From contig JYNZ01000002.1 in NCBI GenBank assembly GCA_001567355.1, positions 7,477-71,476 on the forward strand: a DNA stretch of 64,000 nucleotides, given 5' to 3'. Shown piece after piece: positions 59,501 through 64,000 of the stretch. The notes under the pieces were generated by a model that was not told the DNA's origin, did no database searches, and saw only the letters and a program-made list of their open reading frames with translations. Each line of letters starts with the position of its first letter. The first letter of the stretch is position 1. The stretch comes from a candidate division WS6 bacterium OLB20. Its GTDB lineage: Bacteria > Patescibacteriota > Dojkabacteria > B142 > OLB20. A program made the position numbers and the translations under genes.

Positions 59501-61097
59501 TAAGTACGCCTTCAAAGTAAATAATCTCGACCCGACGCTTGGACTTAAAGTTGATGCGATTCCCGGTGTGGAGGTTGACCTCGAAACTGACGGGTATGGT
59601 GGAGCATTTGAAGCGACGCTGACAAACGGCAACGACGTGCCGATTGCCCAGTTTGATATGGGCCTTAGCGGAGACGTTGACTGGTCAACAGTAACAGCAC
59701 AACGCGAAGGACTTAAGGCGTTTGTACACTTTGGATTAGGATTCAGCAGCACTCCCGGTGTCAATGCATCGACCTTCAGCCTGCTTGTGCCGAGACCTGC
59801 AAATGCATCTCAGGTCATCATCTGCCCGGGTGCTATTCAGCTCGAGGATATTTCCGACAGCTGCCCCGGCAAGGAGGTCAAGCAGCTCAGCGACATGGAT
59901 GTGGACATTACAACATTCCACGGTCAGGAGTACTTTAAGATCTCAGGACTGACAGGTACCGGCGGAATCCCGATCAATGATGCATCGGCTGTACGTGATA
60001 CGCTTACCCGTGAACAGATCAGTATTGACAGTGATCACAATGTTGAATTCGGAACAACACTTGGTATCGACTCATCCGGTGACACGATTGAGCTCGACTT
60101 TGCTGACGAGTTCGACTTCAGTGCTATTACAGTCGATGATATCGACCTGGAGGTAAACACAGCTGATGAGGACCTCTGCACAGGTTCATTCCCGTGTGCA
60201 GCAGCAGCAGGTGTCTGGGGTGTGGATCTGGATGCTGTTAATAACATTCTTACCTTTACAGCACCGACGGATGCCAATGCCGCTACAATTACAATCAGCG
60301 ACGTTATCAACGTGCACATCGGTCTGATTGCAGACCATCAGGCAACTGGTGCCAACCAGGTGACAAATCCTGCAGCTATCGGATCGTACGAGGTACATAT
60401 CCAGATTACCAACGGCGGTGTCGAGGTCGGAGAGCTTGAGATCCCGATTATCGACGATGACACGGTAAATGTCAGCGGTTACATAGATACGTTTATCACG
60501 TTTGACATCGATACATCAGAGATCGATGAGGACTGCGATGCGGCAGGTGGATCAACTCCTTGCGACTCACACGCCGGGTCATCAGATAATTCCGGATATG
60601 TTGTAGACATCGGAGAAATGACAATATCCAGTGTCAATGTAAGCGGAAACAGCGTTGCCCATCAGGATGGTAATACAGGTCTGATCAACTTTATCTGGAT
60701 GGATCTGTCTACTAACGCAAATGGAGGAGCAGCAGTATCTGTCTTCTCACTTAACGATGCCCTGACAGGACCCGGTTCTTCAGAGATCCCGTCAGTTGGT
60801 GCAGGCGAGGTGGAGATCACTGCAGGCGACGGTCTGTACGGTCTGCAGAACAGATTCCTTGACCTTAAAAACGCAGTCAGTGGAGACATCATCATCAATG
60901 ATGACTGTGATACTGACGGCGGCAATACATACTTCTGCAGTGTTGGAGGAGCGCTCGGAAGAGAGCTTTTCAATACCAATAACGATGTAGTGGATCAGGG
61001 AAGAATACAGTTCCGGGTTGGTGCATCCCCCGATGCGCTTGACCAGACTGGAATATACACAGATGAGCTGACCTTTATCGCAACAGCCACCTTCTAG
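53595..61097 (+). CDS. giant (2500-aa) cell-surface protein with SBBP-type beta-propeller repeats and a conserved C-terminal module
   Basis: Signal-anchor, then an internally duplicated ~170-aa N-terminal domain. At least five repeats fit the SBBP pattern D(S)xGNxYxxG...DxFxxKxDxxGxxxW, for example DSTGNIYVCGGADMDTTGPSYRDFYVSKIDNSTGNNVW. The C-terminus is identical to the 52263 product (YTDELTFIATATF). Confidence 0.65.
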   Translation: MIELMQHVTSKGTALVSRVRTLPRRAVYFSAALIAVFLVASAGILYSGIINAAPPALEKIDDYNSAGADNDFGDAIYDHGDGTFSTVAFSDTEFRIAHYEADGNLLAADTASTSAGSPPVPLAYVSSGSADKGTASSGSHLASTGTGEKRYLVVFLQYRATSPAGSAVDYNGTAMNRLCYDNNSDYGTELWVLANPDSGTNSIGFTMTGSTPDIRIGYVSAEGVEQSSPYRDFDCANGHSTNPTITVTSADGDLVIGANAQYSGGNSQSLDTVGATSNWINQLGGPNVLSSSARISATGASTNLSWTSTVSWHWSTAALSLKPDTGTGGGASETVTVDDTSNFGDSNTDYLSGSHTVSGLNRFMLTQISWQDNDSTSATVSYVDSYTGDYTSFSELCTTNNGKYYTSLWYLEDPAAAEHNIEVSFSNYVYAIDVRTTSFNGVSPDNPIDNYNCNAGSDTTPTVTVTSAEGKYTYGGAATNENNSLSLGAGMSGVNIGSNYGTLVSGATKVATPSTDFSWTLSGGGGGGTVYMLARSSADLYDIDPDTGSTNGTLSLYKSGGDVYGGTGLAVDPTDDSMYAILDTDTNSFVLSTIDYSTGEITEIGYLGDNFAGIAIDDNGIMYGVTGHGAVNPEEIYTIDKSTAATSFFMSLSSTGSGQGIAFNTSDGFLYRTGGEDSYDGLMDRINVNTASVAATYYPSGDYYDRFKALGYWGGSYDFLGFGTGYLYGVSDTGSVTEIGFNGYDNKKGIAVVQDSSTPWAAAAVSINPIESSPITVATSGNSYDSFSPVTYLSTNYMESTGGQRAAYITLQYEYDSPASSPVDTVEFYDDSTSETIAATFLCRSYEGNFVFEQYYVSDPALSDSVYAQASFSTGVDEAHIHMSILNGVDNSDPVGTGVCNNGTSIDPQVSVSTGSTNEFLMAGITAYRDSGSQVVYSGLDANEESQLSGDSIISAVESQTADAGSTLMEFDLNQSGDWAMGAVPFKNIEANVVPEGGLSGAYRIAGGRGAFIADSSGNFYAAANNTNSVTNRQFRISKHGTDASETWFFTKSIEEGDALNYANDLAVDSSGNVYIAADMDVSGINEGKIIKLDSSGAEVTTFDFEDTVSEGSGIWDIFIDGSDNIYACGYNKYDSSSQYQDMYVQKLTTSGTVTWDYNFSTTPKNTNESCRSLVKSGSDIYIWGMSSSGTAGASGLKRTLVRLDDASGSQQYAQVAGSEIDSSSYTADEVNLIASKGLLVLSGTELYAVSWNPGSGSSLFQFTAATGSLLESGLYSGSGIANPLITSVGVYEGYDGDTWVAVGGYDYDATEQGFIGLTNADEISMGVPGEHDTVGSNGTEVRVTGLVIDDNTIYASGYDMDGGNGADSYLGRFGWSVLTVTSSNNVFAKDRGLNLEDHKYMGGNEFTAQVRTSGGTTFAEVPFEFANDDISSMDLNGGYDAVSYKTYYEGESPATGAEYTLIVARDSGHNAVRICPDADSFVSIAESCVGEEILPDTDARVTNDGATFTVTGFEVDSAYGVASITVDASVDVTEFPIYDFDSGVDESRPTVKALNGHIIYASGNGAGQINLSKIRIYDNETIWERTFENPGGYVLFDQLKIELDSTGNIFVGADMAIPGEGNNHDYFLIKFDSNGNALWHKAYDGGSTAHDSFDLFQDMHVDSNGNAILTGILEVAWPTSPFWKQVAGTIKVNAQGIEVWRYVEDEGPQHSYSYDIISDSTGNIYVCGGADMDTTGPSYRDFYVSKIDNSTGNNVWTYRNATTTTGSFALENCEALQIGNGGSTIVAAGTIKAVSDNGTLRWFVAGLSTTTGALQWSDTDNFADNPGFAPIYTLASAYNSDSDRVLFAGRDLYSGPGDAFAKLYNPATGAKIWEKSINVTGNNDFFNSAATYSDFQGNPHYLVLGGYSNGSKNIFMLRSYTSSGLEEFNKTYDAGTNAYGTSLVVDSRGIVYTGLIADTGSGADGAVHKYAFKVNNLDPTLGLKVDAIPGVEVDLETDGYGGAFEATLTNGNDVPIAQFDMGLSGDVDWSTVTAQREGLKAFVHFGLGFSSTPGVNASTFSLLVPRPANASQVIICPGAIQLEDISDSCPGKEVKQLSDMDVDITTFHGQEYFKISGLTGTGGIPINDASAVRDTLTREQISIDSDHNVEFGTTLGIDSSGDTIELDFADEFDFSAITVDDIDLEVNTADEDLCTGSFPCAAAAGVWGVDLDAVNNILTFTAPTDANAATITISDVINVHIGLIADHQATGANQVTNPAAIGSYEVHIQITNGGVEVGELEIPIIDDDTVNVSGYIDTFITFDIDTSEIDEDCDAAGGSTPCDSHAGSSDNSGYVVDIGEMTISSVNVSGNSVAHQDGNTGLINFIWMDLSTNANGGAAVSVFSLNDALTGPGSSEIPSVGAGEVEITAGDGLYGLQNRFLDLKNAVSGDIIINDDCDTDGGNTYFCSVGGALGRELFNTNNDVVDQGRIQFRVGASPDALDQTGIYTDELTFIATATF

Positions 61098-61105
61098 AGT
61101 TTTGC

Positions 61106-61136
61106 AAGGCCGCCAGCCCTTAGGGCTGGCGGCTTC
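61106..61136 (+). terminator. stem-loop terminator after the giant surface-protein gene
   Basis: AAGGCCGCCAGCCC-tta-GGGCTGGCGGCTT, a 14-bp stem. Confidence 0.55.
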
Positions 61137-61162
61137 ATGTAATCAAAACCCCGCTGCAACGT

Positions 61163-61564
61163 TTGAATAAGTACATGGACGCTTCAGTTGAGATTGCAAA
61201 CGCAGCTCAAGATGAGACCCTCACTATCCGGGCAGGTGCCCATACTGTGCTTCACTATCTCGAAGTCGCAACACTGTTGCAGGTAACTGCTGTAAAAGTC
61301 TACGCAAGCCGCGTCTCGATCGAGCACCGCTCCCGCCTTGGATTGTGGGAGTATCGTATGACTTATCCTATAGCCGATTTTGGTGATATCTATATTACAA
61401 AGGGCAGGAGGCTAGCTGCAGTCGGTGTGCATACGCGGTCAGGACAGCGCATTCTGTTTGAGATTGAGCGACTGACTCACCGTCAGGCAGAACTTCTGAA
61501 GGACGTGCTGGATATACTTATGGATGCGCGTCAGAACAGCTTTAACGCTGTTCGAGCACAATAA
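61163..61564 (+). CDS. hypothetical protein
   Basis: 133-aa ORF with no recognisable domain. Confidence 0.4.
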   Translation: MNKYMDASVEIANAAQDETLTIRAGAHTVLHYLEVATLLQVTAVKVYASRVSIEHRSRLGLWEYRMTYPIADFGDIYITKGRRLAAVGVHTRSGQRILFEIERLTHRQAELLKDVLDILMDARQNSFNAVRAQ

Positions 61565-62825
61565 GTGACTCAGTATGAGGCGTTCCGGGAAAAAAATTTA
61601 ACAGCTCAGCACTGATGATCCGATACCTCTCCTGCAGTTGAGTTACATCCCTGATCTGCGTGTCAGGGTTGCATGACAGGTACATCACAAGTCCCGGCCC
61701 GTCACGGAGAATTTTGTTGATGACGTCCTGATGCAGACCCGCACGCGGGGGGTCAAGAATAAGTGTTCTGTCGGGAGTTATAAGCTCTGTGATCTTTTCT
61801 GCCGGTGAACACACTGCGCTGTACGCGGTAAGACCTGCTGCGCTGATGTTTCTGCTGGCATACTCAATTGATTCTTCACTGATGTCTGCCAGAACCGCTT
61901 CCGAGATCGAATCATTTACCGGGATCGAGATGGCACCTGTACCGCTGTAAAAGTCTGTGACTGCACCTCCGGAGAGAAACGGTTGCATTTTCTGCAGTGC
62001 AAGTTCAAACACACCGGTGTTGACCTGAAAGAAACTGTGCAGACCATACTCAAGATTCGTGCCGAGTATATTCTCGGTAAGCCGGAGGGCCCCCGCTGTT
62101 GAGATATGATCTGTAACAACTGATGCAGGGCTGCGGGGATCTGACAGGTACACCGCTGTTCCTGCGATTCCGGCAGAAAGCTCTGCTGTGTTGATCGCTA
62201 CTGACTGTTTTGCAAATATTCCCGCGATCGTAGAGCCTTCTCTGTTGCTGCGAACAATCATTGTTTTAAGAGTTCTTGGAGGTAGTCCTGCATCGTTAAT
62301 CCGCTGCAGAAGTTCTGCAGCTGTAGAATTAATTGCATCTGAAGCAAGACTGCTGCCTGTTACTGTAACCTTGCCTTTACGACCTCGTTTAAAAAACGAC
62401 AGACTGTATCTGCCGTTATCCTCAAACAGCCCAAATTCCATCTTGTTGCGGTATCCATATCGTTTTCCGTCCCCTGTGATACCGGAAAACTGAGTGCCAA
62501 GTTCTGCTGCTGATTCTTGCAGCAGTTCAAGCTTGATACGGTCCTCATATTCCGCTGACATGATCTGCCAGGGCGCTGTACTGATAAATGCCTCATCAAC
62601 AGGCTCTATACGATGTTCTGAAGGTTCGAGTATTTCCGATGCTTCGCCAATATGTACTCCGCGTTTGCGACGGAATATTTCTGCCCGGACGGTCTCGCCA
62701 GGTAATGCATTCCAGATATGAAAATCACGTCCGTCAGCATGAGCCCTGCCGTATCCCTTGGGACTGAGTGAACTGATTGTCAGAGTGATCGAATACTGTC
62801 GCATGGTATAGTAGAGTACCGGCAT
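61542..62825 (-). CDS. RNA (uracil-C5)-methyltransferase, RlmD/TrmA family
   Basis: FFQVN and LILDPPRAGL motifs, with the SAM site DFYSGTGAISIP. Confidence 0.7.
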   Translation of the reverse strand: MPVLYYTMRQYSITLTISSLSPKGYGRAHADGRDFHIWNALPGETVRAEIFRRKRGVHIGEASEILEPSEHRIEPVDEAFISTAPWQIMSAEYEDRIKLELLQESAAELGTQFSGITGDGKRYGYRNKMEFGLFEDNGRYSLSFFKRGRKGKVTVTGSSLASDAINSTAAELLQRINDAGLPPRTLKTMIVRSNREGSTIAGIFAKQSVAINTAELSAGIAGTAVYLSDPRSPASVVTDHISTAGALRLTENILGTNLEYGLHSFFQVNTGVFELALQKMQPFLSGGAVTDFYSGTGAISIPVNDSISEAVLADISEESIEYASRNISAAGLTAYSAVCSPAEKITELITPDRTLILDPPRAGLHQDVINKILRDGPGLVMYLSCNPDTQIRDVTQLQERYRIISAELLNFFPGTPHTESLIVLEQR

Positions 62826-62859
62826 ACTACCATATCTGCCGGCGCATTTGAGTTATTAA

Positions 62860-63177
62860 TTGTTGTATGTGAGTAACGCAGAACGTGTGTTTGAGCTTCT
62901 GAGAACTGTCCCCGAGGGCAGAGTTGTCACGTACGGGCAGCTTGCCGCTGCCGCAGGGATCAGATCTCCGCGTGCTGTAGGCAGAATACTGCATCATAAT
63001 CCTGACGAAGGACTCAATCCGTGTCACCGTGTTGTGTTTGCAGATGGATCACTCTCTCCGGCATTTGCATTTGGCGGGACAGAAGAGCACAGGGCCCGAC
63101 TTGCAGCTGAGGGGGTTGCATTTAAGGGATCAAAGGTTGATCTGCGGGCGCATCAGTTTGAGTTCCTGCGAGTCTGA
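62860..63177 (+). CDS. MGMT-family protein (methylated-DNA-protein-cysteine methyltransferase DNA-binding/active-site domain only)
   Basis: 105 aa with VVTYGQLAAAAG...PCHRVV (the PCHR active-site motif). There is no N-terminal Ogt domain. Confidence 0.6.
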   Translation: MLYVSNAERVFELLRTVPEGRVVTYGQLAAAAGIRSPRAVGRILHHNPDEGLNPCHRVVFADGSLSPAFAFGGTEEHRARLAAEGVAFKGSKVDLRAHQFEFLRV

Positions 63178-64000
63178 AGCCCCTGGTGCGGATAGTTTCA
63201 ATGATGTATGGACTGTTTCTGTCCTGCAATTTTTTGCGGACACGGGAAACCAGCCGGTCGATAGTCCAGTCAGATACTCCGAAGGCCCTGTATTCAGGCC
63301 ATACCTGACTGGCGACTGTTTCGCGGGTGACTATCTCCGGCATTGCATCTTTTAAAAGGTTAAAGAGATCATTCTCTTTTCTGGTGAACGGTTTACTGCT
63401 TCTTTCACTTCCGGATTCAAGCAGACGGGGCAGATGCAGAGCCAGTAGAGGACTGAAGATCATATCAGTTTGCGTGAGGATGCCTGACTCCCACAGGTAT
63501 GATCCCTGCGATCGTTCTTCGTCACTTACGGTTTCTTCTTCAAGAATCTTTTTCAGAATACCTGTTTCAATTCGGTTCAGATGCCGTGTCAGCTCTTCTG
63601 ACTGCAGCAGAATACGTTCGTCATTCGAGTAAACCGACCTCGTCAGCCCGCCGTGTTCTGTATACAGTATGAATAGCAGCCGCAGGTACATAATATGCCC
63701 TCCCGAAAGCTGCATGATCTGACTGCGGGTGCGGGGACTCAGCGCAAGACCGGTCCGGGCTGATAACGAGTCAAGCACAATGCCTGCGCTTGTCACGTCA
63801 GCCGGTTTGATGAACTGAGTTTTCATAAAGGGCAGAAAGTCTGTCGCCGTGTAGGTCTCGCTGGAAAGATGGGATAATCTGCGGTGACCGGTCAGCACGA
63901 ACACCAGCTCGTTGTCACAGACACCATTCAGCGCTGCCAGATTGTTCTGAAAATCCGGGGTAAACAGATGGTCCATCCTGTCAAAACGCAGAAAGAACAG
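63122..64000 (-). CDS. transcriptional regulator with a C-terminal OmpR/PhoB-type winged-helix DNA-binding domain; N-terminus lies beyond the window end
   Basis: Trans_reg_C pattern: TRKENDLFNLL...SDWTIDRLVSRVRKKL...IETIRTRGFRL. The ORF is open to position 64000. Confidence 0.55.
   Translation of the reverse strand: MFFLRFDRMDHLFTPDFQNNLAALNGVCDNELVFVLTGHRRLSHLSSETYTATDFLPFMKTQFIKPADVTSAGIVLDSLSARTGLALSPRTRSQIMQLSGGHIMYLRLLFILYTEHGGLTRSVYSNDERILLQSEELTRHLNRIETGILKKILEEETVSDEERSQGSYLWESGILTQTDMIFSPLLALHLPRLLESGSERSSKPFTRKENDLFNLLKDAMPEIVTRETVASQVWPEYRAFGVSDWTIDRLVSRVRKKLQDRNSPYIIETIRTRGFRLAGTQTDAPADQPLIP

Noticed and set aside
52700-61097. The shared segment between the 417-aa and 2500-aa surface proteins, considered as a repeat or mobile element
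   Set aside because: The copies are about 75% identical at the nucleotide level, in frame, and confined to coding sequence. They have no flanking inverted repeats and no transposase, so this is a diverged paralogous protein domain, not an IS or recent duplication.
1-64000. CRISPR arrays, rRNA genes, integrases/transposases and restriction-modification systems
   Set aside because: No short direct-repeat/spacer periodicity was seen. There are no 16S/23S/5S signature stretches. There are no DDE/tyrosine-recombinase motifs. The only DNA/RNA methyltransferase-like ORFs carry RNA-MTase motifs (SPOUT, FFQVN/DPPR, RsmI, TrmB).

Overview
This is a 64-kb stretch of a bacterial chromosome with roughly 50% GC and tightly packed genes. 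Many neighbouring genes are translationally coupled through ATGA or TAATG overlaps. I found no rRNA, CRISPR array, insertion sequence or integrase. The content falls into six blocks. (1) Positions 0.5-10.5 kb hold a glycogen/starch catabolism locus: a glycogen debranching enzyme, a GH15 glucoamylase, a divergent GapN, and a single 1138-aa ORF that fuses a phosphoglucomutase/phosphomannomutase to an alpha-glucan phosphorylase. (2) A cluster of five tRNAs on the minus strand (Leu-TAA, Cys-GCA, Pro-CGG, Leu-CAG, Pro-GGG), with one more tRNA (Gln-CTG) at 34.8 kb. (3) Sensor histidine kinases with no response regulator in the window, and an envelope module of BlaI, a sensorless BlaR1-type M56 protease, DsbA and Hsp20. 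(4) An island at 28.7-38.4 kb of roughly ten ORFs with no recognisable domains, interrupted only by tRNA-Gln and one Na+/Ca2+ exchanger gene, including a tandem array of four diverged paralogs. (5) Central-carbon genes (pyk, gpmI, GH13, a D-2-hydroxyacid dehydrogenase) and translation genes (lepA, def, trmB, rsmI, rpmB, a SpoU methyltransferase, an RlmD-like methyltransferase). (6) A cell-surface locus at 50.7-61.1 kb with a DUF916-like anchored protein, a 417-aa secreted protein and a 2500-aa protein carrying SBBP beta-propeller repeats. The last two proteins share a roughly 230-aa C-terminal module that ends in the identical peptide YTDELTFIATATF. Six conserved genes (the glucoamylase twice, gapN, trmB, lepA and one hypothetical) carry single-base frame breaks, three of them inside homopolymer runs. 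That pattern points to systematic indel errors in the assembly, or less likely to gene decay. The gene content (starch hydrolases, GapN, iPGM, lactate-type dehydrogenase, giant surface proteins, many ORFans) suggests a small-genome fermentative bacterium, possibly CPR/Patescibacteria-like. That placement is inference only. All calls rest on motifs read by eye; no database searches were run.
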